Assembly: GCF_009914755.1 (NCBI RefSeq)
Contig: NC_060926.1
Source of the DNA: the human T2T-CHM13v2.0 reference genome, Homo sapiens
Reading direction: 5' to 3' (one strand)
Length of the DNA: 64,000 nucleotides
Position numbers and translations under genes: made by a program. Below the pieces are notes generated by a model. It saw nothing but the letters and a program-made list of their open reading frames with translations. It made no database searches and was not told where the DNA came from. This document shows, in pieces, positions 47,035 to 64,000 of this stretch; the stretch's first letter is position 1; each line of letters starts with the position of its first letter.

Positions 47035-47199
47035 CTGTTCGGTAATTAATGGAAATTGGCTTGCTGCTTGCGGGGCTGTCTCCACGGCCAGTGACAGCAT
47101 ACACAGTGATGGTATAATCAACTCCAGGTTTAAGGCCGCTGATGGTAGCTGTAGACTTGCTCCCAGGCACAGTGAACTCCTGGACAGGGCTATTTCCTC
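47035..47199 (-). CDS. FN1: FN1 exon 30 (III-10b, RGD integrin site)
   Basis: 165 nt, (G)[54 protein letters not shown]; RGD at 47078-47086. Confidence 0.98.
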
Positions 47200-47845
47200 C
47201 TGTATGAAAAAGGGTTAGTTCAGAGTGTGAGGGGTTTAGAGCTACTTGGGTATTACTGATTAATTGAATTACCACATTTATAGCAGCATGTAAATCACAT
47301 CTTCTTGCTTATTCCCTTTTAAAGAGCGCTATCTTGAACAGAAAGGGGTATTTATGCATGTAGCAAACCTTGGTAAGTGTATAAACATTGAGAGAAAATT
47401 ACAGTTAGCGCTGTTTTAACATTTCAGCTTTAAAATGTCACTGAGTAGTAGAGTAGCATTAGAAGTGGGAGAAGGTAAGCCCTCAACCCAGGATTGCATG
47501 CATTGTGTCCTTTTTAAAACTTTTAACAGAATACATTCCTTTTAAATAAAATTTGGAAAATACAGAAAAGTAAAGAGAAGAAAAAATAAAAATCACTTAT
47601 TTCCACCACTGATAATATGTTTGTGAATTTACAATCCTTTTATTTCCTCAGCTCTGCCGTTCCCCCTCTAGTTGTAGTATATAAACAACTTTTTATTTGG
47701 GTTTTAGAACAAATTATATCATCTATATCTTACGTATTTTCTTGGAAAAAACAAGGGCTCCGTTGAATGGACTTGCCAAAGTTTCTTTAATTCTTTGTTC
47801 ACTGTTGGGCTTTCAGGTTATCCACAACAGAATCTGATTTAATCA

Positions 47846-48013
<168 letters not shown>

Positions 48014-48264
48014 TCACATCCGTAATTTTCAAACAATATTCAGATTTACTGTTTGTTCATTTTCCAGATAATTGTCTTAATGATTCTTCCATACAATCAT
48101 GTAAATACTATGTGTAATTAGCAGAATTTTATATTATGACGAATTCAAGATAAGGGGTTACAGAGCCCATTCAAATTGTGATAAAATGATTATTTCAAAT
48201 TTGGGGAAGAGTTTTTTTCCCTCAACATTTTATTTGGAAAAATTTCAAAACTACAGAAAAGTTA

Positions 48265-48718
<454 letters not shown>

Positions 48719-48745
48719 CTAAGAACAATGACACTATTACCCTAA

Positions 48746-49388
<643 letters not shown>

Positions 49389-49634
49389 AATTTTCTACAT
49401 TTTCAACAAAACTTGTGTTATTAGAAATGCATAAATACCCAAATCAGGTGAGAAATTTCTTGAGAGGAAAAAAATTATCTTCTTTACTGCCACCACGCCC
49501 GGGCTTCTTTACCATATTCTAAGGAAGATGTTTCTCCACATTTTCTCACTTCCCTCTCCATGTACCATGACAATGATCTATTTTTTTTTTTTTTTTTTTT
49601 TTTTTGAGAGCTGATGACAGACAACAGCAAGCTA

Positions 49635-50024
<390 letters not shown>

Positions 50025-50977
50025 TTAGGAAGTGAGGAAGGTGTAGGGGAAATTAACGTACATCCAACATTTCGTTCCTGTCTCATCAATACCATGATTT
50101 GCCATAAACCAAAGAGTAAGATGTACTGATTCTAAGCTACATATGAATTTTAAAATCTTAAATTGACTCAATTCAAAATAGCCAGCTCAAGCATTCATTT
50201 TTTTCTTGTGCTAAGTAATTCAAGCAGATTTTAGGGGTTATTACAGTAAGTTTCTGTGTCACATTTGGAGATAAGTGTTCAAGATCTTCTGAGAATTGAC
50301 ATTTTCAAATTCTTCAGTGTTCAAGTATTCTGTGTTTCTATCCTGTAAGTGTATCCTTCCAAGTAAAGCAAGATCTGCCCACTCTCAAAGTAAATGTTTG
50401 ACTCTCAGAGAAGCCTCCTAAGCTCAAGAGGAAATTTATATGTCAACAGAGTGGTAATGATGCCAAACACAAAACTTTCTGAAACTAAAGACATTATCCC
50501 AGACAAATTACAATGCTGATAATTCCTCGTGAATTGACAGTTTTGAAAAATGCATTTTTCAAAAATGCACAAAAATTCAGAGTTTGTCGCAAATTCAAAT
50601 CACTTAGTCTCTGGGACTTCCAGCAAATTTCTGTTTCAGTTACAGCATTTACTAGTTCTTTTCAATAAGAAACCAAACTAAGATATCATAAGTCCTTTTT
50701 GGAAGCAAGTGGACTATAAATAAATTAATGAATACACTAAAGTGTACCTTTTGAAAGAAAAAATTAAAAGCATTCATATTTAAGTATGTAATATTTATGA
50801 GATTCAATTCAACTTCCTTCTAGTAAATGCATATTTTATTAAGTAAAAAGAAAATGTAAACTTGCTGGCTTAGTAAAGGAAGACAAATAGATGACAATGA
50901 GTGTTGGGTCAGCCATTAGACAGAGCTGCCTAATGAAAAGGAATGTCTGCTAAATCTAAATAACAAAGATCTTCTTA

Positions 50978-51331
<354 letters not shown>

Positions 51332-52103
51332 TTATTTTAAAACTCTGCTCAAAAGCATGAGAAACTAAAGCACGCCCAGGACTATTTGAACTGATGAAAT
51401 ATCCAAATGTCCAGTCCTATAGCCTACTTACACCTAAGTGAACACTACAGCGAAGTGTTCAGTGAACAGACCTTGAGAAGGTCTGTAATTAGATGATAAG
51501 GAAGGGTCACCTTGCCCCATGGCCTCTCGAAGCCCTCCATTCCACCTGTGAGTGTGACTCAGCTGGATTTCGAGTGGGATGAAGTTGCTGCAACAGCTGG
51601 ATATTTCTCGCATCCACCTGAGAGTATGTCTCTGGAGGGCACATGATAATCCTTGCTGTGGTGCTGTGGATTGCCATTTATGCCTCACAACAACCCTGGA
51701 AGGTAGTTTGCTCCTTTTAAAAGCAATTTCTTGTCATACAATGTACTGCATATCTTTAAAGTGATGGGTTTTTACATATGTGTGACTTGGGAGACCATCA
51801 CCGCATTCAAGAAATGAACAAACCTATCACCTCTAAAAATTTGATTTACTACAATTATCTCCATTTTGTAAATGAAAAAACAAAAAACAAAACAAAAAAA
51901 AACTGAGGCACAGAGAAGTTATCTTCTTTAATTTACTTGCCCAGGATCATACTGGGATTGACCCAGGCCAGGACTAGTGGTCTTAATAATTAACCTTTAC
52001 TGGAAAAAAGCCACACTTAGAAAGCAATCGGTTCTGCCATATTAAAATGAGAGCAGAATATTTTTTAAAAAATTAAATATACATCCCTGAGTATCTTGTT
52101 CCA

Positions 52104-52413
52104 TTTTTTTTTATTTTTATTATTTTTTCTTTTTGACGAGGTTTTACTCTGTTGCCCAGGCCGGAGTGCAGTGGTGTGATCTTGGCTCACTGAAACCTCT
52201 GCCTCCTGGGTTCAAGTGATTCTCCTGCCTCAGACTCCTGAGTAGCTGGGATTACAGGTGCCTGCCACCATGCCTGGCTAATTTTTGTATTTTTAATAGA
52301 GACGGGGCTTCACCGTGTTGACCAGGCTTGGACTGGAAATCCTGACCTTGTGATCCACCCGCCTTGGCCTCTCAAAGTGCTGGGATTACAGGCGTGAGCC
52401 ACTGTGCCCAGCT
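52104..52413 (-). mobile_element. Alu (AluS-like)
   Basis: Reverse Alu; TSD-like CTTSTTCCATTTT. Confidence 0.93.
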
Positions 52414-52433
52414 TCTTCTTCCATTTTGATACA

Positions 52434-52966
<533 letters not shown>

Positions 52967-53179
52967 AGATACAGAGAGTGAGGTTTCTAAATTTGGAACT
53001 CCTACTCACTAAACCCTCATTCCCCTGCACACCATTTGCCCTTCAGCGTTTCTATAAAGCCCCCTACAAAAGTTTGGAAAAGTGCCAGAATGGAGGACCA
53101 GATGCCTGGATTCCATTTCCACCATACTAGCTGGCCAGTGGCAATTTACTTAACTGCTGGGGACCTCGACGGCTTCATG

Positions 53180-53484
53180 TTTATTTGTTTGTTTATTTTT
53201 TTGAGACAGGGTCTCACTCTGTCACCCAGGCTGGAGTGCAGTGGCACGATCATGGCTTGCTGCAGCCTCAACCTCCCCAGGCTCAGGTGATCCTCCTACC
53301 TCAACTTCCTACATAGCTGAGACCACAGGTGTGCACCACCATGCCCGGCTAATTTTTGTATTTTTTGTAGAGACTTGGTCTCACTGTGTTGCCCAGGCTG
53401 GTCTCGAACTCCTGGGCTCAAGCAATTGGCCCACCTCAGCCTCCCAAAGTGCTGGGATTATACAGGCGAGAGCCACTGCACTGG
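53180..53484 (-). mobile_element. Alu (AluJ-like)
   Basis: Reverse Alu. Confidence 0.92.
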
Positions 53485-54606
53485 TTTGCTTCATCTTTAA
53501 AAGAGGATAATAATGACTTTGCTAGGAGGGAGAGGGGCTACCTTGAGGTCATCTGTAGCATTAGGATTATAATAAGGTCTTAGAACACATGATTAACATG
53601 TGACAGGTCTACGGCTAAGGGACAGACATTGTGATGCAGGGGCTTGTATACTGGGTGATGCTGTAATTAGTGATTCCAGGGTGCTCTAGAACAGAAGCAA
53701 CAGCCCTGGGGTGGTGGATATGCCAATATAAAGATATTCTTGCCCTCAGCCACAAAGTAAGAAACCAAGATTATGGTCACGCTGAGCTGCTCTTCTTTGT
53801 GTTTCATTATCTAAATTATGTTTGAAAGGTAGATGTTTTCAGACTAATACTTGGTAATGTACCTAAATGTAAGCTATTTTTCCCTTATGTAGAATCTTTT
53901 GCTGTTGTTATATATTTGACTATTACAGTGAAAATAATAAAAAGCACTGTTTATGTGAAACACAGCACCATCTTGCAGCCTACTGTTTTATTCTTTAACA
54001 AAAGATGTCTATTCTATAATGGTTGGGACTAGAAAGAGACAATTTCCATAAATTGTTGTTATTTATTTAATGTCAGTTTTTTTTCTAAGCTCTCAGTCTT
54101 CTGAGAAATCCTTCTAACAGATTCTTTTTGAAGTACAAATTAAACTTCTGACTCTCTTCACAACAACATTCTAATCTAGACCAAACAATCAGTCACTTTT
54201 CTAAGTATTCAAATCCTAAATCAATCAACTGCTGACACTTTTTTTATAAAAATGAGAATAAAGCACATATGGTGACACTATTTTCAGTTCTCATTTTTTT
54301 CTCTAAAGATTTAGATTTAGTCATATAATTTCTCTTGATATTCACTTATTTTTACGTGCTTATTTAGAAGCAGAATTTGTTTGAAGTCATGGAACTTTCC
54401 TGCAGGTGTTTTTCCACTATGATTTTTTTAAAGCTGTAGATATCAAAAGTATATTAAGATAGCAACAAACATTACATCTTTCAAAATTAATGGAGCTGTG
54501 CATTGAATTCAGAGTTTAGTTTGTAGCTTGGTTGCAGCTCTCTTGCTCTTAGCTCCTCCTACTTGAGAATTTAGAATTCATTTGCTATGCTCTAGGTTAA
54601 TATTTA

Positions 54607-54843
<237 letters not shown>

Positions 54844-54901
54844 TTAATGTAATTTTAAAATTAAAGCTAACGAAGTAGCTGGAAAGGTAAAACCAATATT
54901 T

Positions 54902-55890
54902 CATGCATAAAGGAAACAGAATCATAATCATGCAAACAGTCTAATCTAAGTCTATTTTAAGTTATAGTGTACTACTGTTAAAAACAAAACACTACACACA
55001 GTACTGTTAGGCCCCCTTTAACCTTTTTGCCATCATTGATATATTTAAAAAAAATTTTAATCTACTTTCAAATATGTTGACTTTATGTACATTATTAATA
55101 CCACTGCAGATTATTTTATCCCAGGCCGAAGAGGCTTAAGTTGCCACACAGCAAAGAGAAACATAGCAGTACTTTACAAAGAAATACATGCACACAGACA
55201 AAAAGACAAGAGGGTCCTAAACTTCCCCCCATGTGAGATATCTAGAGCTACAGTTCCATTCAGTGAATTCTACTTACAAGTGAACATGTTCATGCAAATT
55301 GGTTCTCAGCATGTTTCTTTTCCCATGCACAGCAGAGAACCTTTAAAATGTTGCATGCTTGTCCCCAGACTGTGGTTAAAGAGGTGTTTCTTTACCTAGT
55401 GACAGCAACAAAACCTAGAATGCTCCCAAGTTTACTTTTCTCCTACCTCAAAACAATGCCCATCCACTCTACCCTAAATTTTGATGGGTTTTTAGCTACA
55501 AAGAAGGAGCATGGTAGAGTTTATCAAAGGGTAGAAGGAAGAGCATGATGGTACATTTTGGTGATATATTTCTTATAATTAATTGGTACTTACGCAATTT
55601 GGTATTCGTGTTTGGTATTTAAGAAGAAAAATTCTAGGTCTTCAAATTGAATGAACATTTGCTATTTTATATTTAACAGAGCAGACATCTGTATTTCTCT
55701 AGCTTTATATCTACTTGTGGTTTAAATGAGAGTGTACTGAAGAATACTTGCATGTGTTTTTCTCCAATCAGTTTAGCAGATGCATTTGATTCCTTATCCC
55801 CCCAATCCACCCTATCTGAATCTTTGGCCAATTGCTGACTTCCCCCATGAAACATCCATATTTAACCGGAGTAACTGGTGGCAGCATGCA
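54902..55890 (-). promoter_or_regulatory. TGCATG (RBFOX) intronic splicing enhancer array downstream of EDB
   Basis: Six TGCATG on - strand (CATGCA on + at 54902, 54929, 55187, 55291, 55324, 55885). Confidence 0.9.
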
Positions 55891-55931
55891 ACACCATCTA
55901 TGTCTCAAACGCAGAAGTTTTCAAAATTCAC

Positions 55932-56204
55932 CCGTTTGTTGTGTCAGTGTAGTAGGGGCACTCTCGCCGCCATTAATGAGAGTGATAACGCTGATATCAT
56001 AGTCAATGCCCGGCTCCAGCCCTGTGACTGTGTAGTATCCTACTGAGGAGTCCACAAAATCTTCAAAAATAGGGATACCTTCTCCTGCCGCAACTACTGT
56101 GATGCGGTACCCAATAATGGTGGAAGAGTTTAGCGGGGTCCACCTCAGGCCGATGCTTGAATCGGTTATATCAACAAAGCTTAGGTCAGTGAGTTGGGGC
56201 ACCT
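55932..56204 (-). CDS. FN1: FN1 exon 25, EDB (EIIIB) cassette exon
   Basis: 273 nt phase 1-1, (E)[49 protein letters not shown]...TTLTQQT. Confidence 0.98.
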
Positions 56205-56427
56205 CTATTGAGTTACAAAGCAAAGGGAGGGGGAGGCAAAAGGAAAATAGAGGGAAAAAAAGAGGAAAAAATAAAGCAGTGTATATCAGGTTACTAGTAG
56301 TAAAATTGGTGGAATGTTAAAGCAATGATGGTAATATGCAATCTGTTTTAAATTCTCTGAAAAGACTTCCTAAGCATCATGAACAGTTTGCTTCCCTAGA
56401 AGAATAAACAGGAATATTCTTTTAGGG

Positions 56428-56448
56428 AATATATATATATATATATAT
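56428..56448. repeat. (AT)n microsatellite
   Basis: ~220 nt upstream of the EDB acceptor. Confidence 0.9.
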
Positions 56449-57474
56449 TTTTTACATTTTGAAAACATCCTTAAAGGGTACAATTTGAACTGTTCAGATT
56501 CCTAAAAATCATATGGCTGTTTAGGATGTCGAAACCATTCTTAGAGCCTAGACATAATATCTGAAGTAAGTATCAGCAATGCTTTTAATAATTCCAAAAC
56601 TGTTTTAGTAGAAAATAAGCTTGCATGAAGAAGGTTAAAAAATAATAAATGGGTGATAAATTGATTTTTTTTCTCCCATACAAAACTCATGACAACATCA
56701 TGGCCATAACGCTAATGCATTATGAATGTATGGTGTGAAATGTGCCATTCAAAAGCACATTCAGGCTGAGGAAAGACAGGCCTAAGGTTAAGGCCATTGC
56801 CACTATTTTAGTTCATTCATAATCAAAACATGTAATTAGCGTTAGTAAAAGCATTCTACTGAAGAGTCCAAAGGGGGACACGATCTGTCCAATGCTTTCA
56901 TTATGTTATAACCCAATGGACAAACAAGCCTATCCTTAGACAGGCCTTTGCAATGTTGTCTTTCAAGCCACAAGAAAGAACACCCTGAAGGTGTGACTTT
57001 TACTTCTTTTTTTTAAAATCCAATTTTCAAAAAGAAGGATTTGAAACTGCAAGATGAAAAACTAGATGTGTCAACCAAATGCTGTTTCAGTGCTCACATA
57101 CAGGGACAAAACTATTTTATAGGCAGCTGTTGGAAATTGATATGGATTGTAAAATCGGGCAGAAATGTACTGATGGGATGCATTTACCATATTACTTTGA
57201 GCCTATCAGTACTGAGTACAGACACGTGACAGTGTTTTAGTCATACTTCCATGTGAGCAGACAATACAGAGTTAAAGCCATGGCTGCCACTCCATTACAT
57301 ACTCGCTGCAACACACAGCATCCCAGTGAAGCACAGACAGTAAAGCAGTGTTAACAGCAAGCATTTGTCCAAATCGCTGCTTTGACTTCTTGGTTTTGGA
57401 AAGTGCAGCTGGGAGATCGGAATTAAATCCCAAATATAGTTGACACCCTTAAGCATCTGGGGATTAAGATGCTA

Positions 57475-57783
<309 letters not shown>

Positions 57784-57906
57784 CTAGACTCCAATGATGG
57801 ATTCACAGGGCGGAATGCAGGACTTGGCATTTACTGAGGACTCCACTGTCACTGTTATTCAATGCTTGCAACAATCCTTTCAGGCAGTACTAAGATCCTC
57901 ACTTTA

Positions 57907-57995
57907 TTTTTTTATTTTTATTTTTTGAGACAGTCTCCCTCTATCACCCAGGCTGGAGTGCAGCGGTGTGATCTTGGCTCACTTCAACCTCCGCC
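57907..57995 (-). mobile_element. Heavily 5'-truncated Alu
   Basis: Perfect 15-bp TSD AAGATCCTCACTTTA at 57892-57906 and 57996-58010. Confidence 0.93.
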
Positions 57996-58297
57996 AAGAT
58001 CCTCACTTTAAAGGAAATCTTGAACCAGGGGAGTGATTCCCCAAAGCTTTCTTTGTTTCCAAATCTCATGGTCCTATCACTGTACCCTGCTTTTCCTTAA
58101 TGAATCATTTGAAGACAGCTGAGGAATATTCCTTTCTACCTGCCTAGTATAGAATCGTTCTCCACCTTAAGCACATTCCCCAGAGAGCTCTCCTAATTTA
58201 AAAGGTCTGAAACTATGGGATTTATAGGAAGAGAACCAAGAAAGGAGAAAAGGTGAGAAACAAAAGTGGTGATACTTATTCTAGAAAGAGTATTGAT

Positions 58298-58570
58298 TGG
58301 GAGGTTGAGGCAGGCAGATCACCTGAGGTTGGGAGTTCGAGACCAGCCTGGCCAACACGGTAAAACCCTGTCTCTACTAAAAATCTAAAAAATAGCTGGG
58401 CTTGGTGGCGCATGTCTGTAGTCCCAGCTACTTGGGGAGGCTGAGGCACGAGAATCGCTCGAGCCCAGGAGACGGAGGTTGCAGTGAGTTGAGATGGCGC
58501 CACTGCACTCCAAGCCTGGGTGACAGAGTGAGACTCTGTCTCAAAAAAAAAAACAAAACAAACAAAAAAA
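58298..58570 (+). mobile_element. 5'-truncated Alu
   Basis: TSD-like AGAGTRTTGATT. Confidence 0.92.
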
Positions 58571-60074
58571 GAGAGTGTTGATTGTTGAAGTCTTCAGGAA
58601 TCACAGAAATTGGGCAGTAAAAGAGTTGAGAGGGATGAGAGACATTCAAATAAAAACAGTGATGACTAGAGATCTGTGGGGACAGATTAAAATGAGAAAG
58701 TATATTAAACTTTATAAAAGGCAAGGAGATGACAGAATATTTTGCCATTAGGAACAGGGTAAACACTAATGTGGCAAATACAAGGAAACCCAACTGAATG
58801 AGAAATAAATATTGAGATCATTACACTTGCTAGTGATCATCCATATGTGTGGGCTGGGCCATTGAGACGAGATATTAATGATCCTGCTGCTAACAAGCAC
58901 GAAGATTGTCAAAGTTTCAAATTCAGAGCAACTCAGCTGGAAATTGTATAGCTTTGGCTTAAACAATGTTTCCGCAGATAATGAAAACTTTACCAAAATC
59001 ACTCTACTTCAGAGGGAGATTAAAAGAGATATTCTGAGCTAGTTTCATTCTGTGTGTTTGCATACATTAATCAGATTTAGAGATGATAGCCTTAGCTCTG
59101 TGCCCCGGCAAAGATAAGAACTATATAATACTTTTTTTTAAACAAAAATTTCACAAGAATTTTACAGTAAAATTAGAAATAGCTAAATAATAACCTAAAC
59201 ATATCCCTTAAATTAACAAGTATATGAGGTAAGAATGCAATCAACATTAATTGGAACTTTTATTTTTGTTTAAGATTTTTCTCCATAGGTTTGTTGAGAC
59301 TTCCATGTGGTTTTGGCAAAAGTAATGGGTATCTAAAATTTCCTGTTATTGCTATAGTACATCATGCTGTTTGAATATTGTTAACAACTATCTTTATACA
59401 TTTTAGCATTTTATAAATAATTTTCAAATATATGTGAACAAGGAATTTAGACAAATGCTTCATTTAAAGCTCTAAAAATGGTCAGGAAACCCCTTAATCA
59501 GAATTTTCAGTTTGCATAGAATATAATTAAAAAAAAATTACATTCCAAATATGTGACATTGGGTGTGAGAAGGAGTCTACAAACTTAAGTTACAATCCCA
59601 GTTTTGTAACATTTAAAATGTGTGACTATGAGTAGGCCAATTTTTTCTAAGTCTCAGTTTTCTTATTCTGTAAAATGAAGGTATTTCTGCCTTTCATCAC
59701 CCTTAAATATTTGTGGTGCAACCCATGACAAAACATTCATAAAACTTCAGGGAATAATAAACTTAGGCTCTGTAACAACTCACAAAAGGGAAATTACGTA
59801 ATATGACTTCAACCATTTGTTTGGCAATTTTTAATGCACTCAGCAAAAGCCACCTTCCACAGTGCTTTTCTTCAGCCCTACAGCTGTGTGAGGATCTGTC
59901 TTGTCCCCCTAGACTAGTGTAAGGTTGTTCTGCTTCCTGTGATTGAAGTCAACGTGCATTAAAGCATCCTGCAGGCTGCTCCATGATGTACATCATGTAC
60001 TGCTATAGTTTTTATGGAGAGCTAAGCATTTGTAATTTGAATCCCTTCTTTCTCTGAAAGAAACACAGTTTCTA

Positions 60075-60245
<171 letters not shown>

Positions 60246-60614
60246 TCAAAGCTGACACAAAGCTCTTGACCTGTGTAATCTTTCCTCCTTCCCTACCTCC
60301 CTCTCTTCCATGCTTCTTCCCTCCCTCCCTCCCTCCCATAAAAATATAGGTTACATTATGAAAATATGATGGACAGCAGTAATTCTCTGACAAAGACTTT
60401 TTTATGATTAATGATTTTGCAATACTATTGAAATTATTTTCATCTTGCCAGTTCATAAATATTCTTGACATGGAAAGAACATTTCTGATGCCATAAAATA
60501 TAAAGCATGAATTGAACCTGCTACTCCAAATTCAGGAATAGCATTAATAATATAAGTAAGGATAAGATATCTCCCCTGTGCCATTCTCATAAGTAAAAAG
60601 TGATATTGACACTA

Positions 60615-60845
<231 letters not shown>

Positions 60846-62254
60846 CTAGAGGAAGGAATGCAAAGTAAACACCAAGGACAAATATTTCCAGAGGCCTGTT
60901 ACTGCTGTGAGGCTATGATTATGCTTTAAATAGTGTAAACTCTTCAGAAACTGCACAGTGTACTTTTATTGGGAAATGATTTGGGGACTCTTTTATATAC
61001 TTTAGCTGGAAATTCCCCCAGGTGGGGGAGGTATCTTCCAAACTGCATTAAGGTGGCTTGTGATGGAAGGTTCCAGAGAAATGTCATTACATACTGTTTT
61101 GCTTGATAAAGAATCTCTTGTTACAAACCAGACGTATACAGGGACTGTGGGTCACATGGTAGTTCATTTCTATTTTTCTGTGTGTGTGCTAGAAGGAATG
61201 TCTGAGCTCTCCCTTTAACGAGTTATTCACATTCAATTAACCTTTTAGTTGCCATTTAAAGGCACCAGCCCCTGTAGCAACTGTATTGCAAAAACACACC
61301 TTTTGAAGAGATATGTACATAGCTTCAACTGCAGGATGATACATTACAAGAGAAGAATTAGAATAACTATGCCCATAATTTAAAATCCTTTTAAGATTCT
61401 ATTTCAAAAACTTAGGTAACACTGTTATCCAATAGTGTTCAACTCTAGAGAGATCCTTCACACATCATAAGGCTTCTGAAAGTCAGCATGACATTATTAA
61501 GGGAATTAAAAGGTATACTGGCACTCTTCAGAAAGTTCTTCTATATTTGAGTAGCATAATCATAAATATGGCCATTTACAAACTTTATCTTTGGTGTATT
61601 TTTTTAAACAATCAAGGGGATTGAGTCATGATTTCCAGCAATAACAAATATTTCTCTCTTCACACTAAATGCCAAAGAATGGAATTCTTTTAAACATATT
61701 CATTTGTATTCACCGCTTCCCTAATATCATTACTTTAAAGAAGATGAATCCAGATATCCACAGGGAAACCTTAATCTTAACTTCTATTAAGAGATTCACC
61801 CTCAGTGCTTTGAACAGTTGGAGATGAAACTGATTGGATGAAAATGCGATTTTTAAGTGACTCTGAGTTTAACTGGTCTCCCTAAACTGGCTTTTGTGAA
61901 CTTGTTCACACTCATTTAGAACAACACATCAAATAAAGTTTTCCCATGTTTTTTTGAAATGTAATTCCCTGCAGGAAAGAATAGAGAAAATAAGATAACA
62001 ATAAGCAGCAGCTTCGTGCTAATGTTTTATCCTTTGCAAAACACTTTCGCAGCCTCCATCTACCCTTCCAACAATTCAGTGAGGTAGGCAGGGAAGGACT
62101 GTTAGGCCCTGACAATGTAGTCAAAGATGTATGGACAGAAGCAGGTGACAAAACCCAGGTCTCCTGACTCCTGAGCACCCTGTTTCCACTACATGGGAAA
62201 CACAAGGACAGCTTCAGGGCTGTATCACAGAGATTAGGAACATCTGCAGTTTAC

Positions 62255-62349
62255 CTTAAAACCAATTCTTGGAGCAGGCGTCCATGTGATCACAATGGTG
62301 GTCTCAGTCACCTCGGTGTTGTAAGGTGGAATAGAGCTCCCAGGCTGCA
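62255..62349 (-). CDS. FN1: FN1 exon 21 (III-6a); the gene continues beyond the window
   Basis: 95 nt, (L)[31 protein letters not shown]; cag/gtaaac. Confidence 0.96.
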
Positions 62350-62504
62350 CTGTGAGAGAGAATCAATGCACATATTCAAAACTCAAACTCACAGATGATT
62401 GCATAGCATATAGATAACAAGTATTTTTATGGAGAACCTCAGTTTAACCAAGCAGTGGATAGAGGATGTAACATATTTTTTCATTGGGTGAGAATTGGGA
62501 GAGG

Positions 62505-62670
62505 ATCAGGCTTCTCAATCTTTAATGTGCCACACACATCATCTGGGGTCTGGCTAAAATGCAGATTCTGTTTCTGGAGGTCCAACAAAAAACTAGGGAG
62601 TTTGCATTTCTGACAAACACAGATAATACCAATTCTGCTGGCCCGTGAATGATACCTGAGTAACAAGGGG
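62505..62670. mobile_element. MER5A-like hAT relic
   Basis: ttctcaatcttta...taaaatgcagattctg...tgcatttctgacaa...ctgctggcccg. Confidence 0.7.
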
Positions 62671-62872
62671 TTAGATGTTTGCTAAGGTGGTCCTTTCATT
62701 GAAATTATATAATCTAATTCATGTCTTTTTATGATTGTTGGGATTTGACTTTGATGACAATAAATTTCCCTATATCGTCAGTGTAAAATCCCTTATAAAA
62801 TGTAAAACTGGCCACCACAAACTGATTATCATATTGTTTCTTAACCATTAATTTAAGAACAATGGTAAATTA

Positions 62873-63263
<391 letters not shown>

Positions 63264-63463
63264 CTATATAAAAGTTAAACAAAATCTGCCACCATGGATG
63301 CACTTTGAAGTCTAAAGATTTGTACTTTAAATACGTGATTATTCTTTCAGAATAATACTGCAAAAATTTAGTATTTCATCACCAGAATCAGGAATTATAA
63401 CAAATTTATTTTGCATTTTCTAGCATCCTGACATCACTGTTATTTTTCTTATTGAAAATATTA

Positions 63464-63774
<311 letters not shown>

Positions 63775-63798
63775 GAAAGAAAATAAAATTTTACTTAA

Positions 63799-64000
<202 letters not shown>

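Noticed and set aside
49581-49605. Long T-run followed by GAGAG, resembling an Alu tail
   Set aside because: No Alu body follows; treated as a simple homopolymer and a likely oligo-dT mispriming site.

Overview
Human genomic DNA (chr2q35 by gene content) with two convergent genes. The + strand carries the last five coding exons (12-16) and short 3' UTR of ATIC (bifunctional AICAR transformylase/IMP cyclohydrolase, PurH). The - strand carries FN1 (fibronectin 1) exons 21-46 plus 3' UTR, including the cassette exons EDB and EDA, the multiply spliced V/IIICS exon, and the RGD, PHSRN, LDV and REDV motifs. All 31 exons were read by hand with GT-AG boundaries and consistent phases, so both reading frames are intact. 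Introns and the ~10.7 kb intergenic spacer are rich in Alu, L1M, MaLR LTR, Tigger3, MER5 and MIR relics. I see no foreign insert and no evidence of a wholly new system. The best unexplained signals are: a candidate 10-nt poison micro-exon in ATIC intron 13; an Alu whose TSD duplicates part of the FN1 exon 31 donor and sets up a possible stop-less RGD circRNA; two adjacent hairpins in FN1 intron 44; a 126-bp dispersed duplication of the FN1 post-poly(A) segment; and a templated insertion copied from 3 kb away. Exon numbers, residue numbers and repeat subfamily names are from recall or hand counting, not database checks. Repeat boundaries are approximate.
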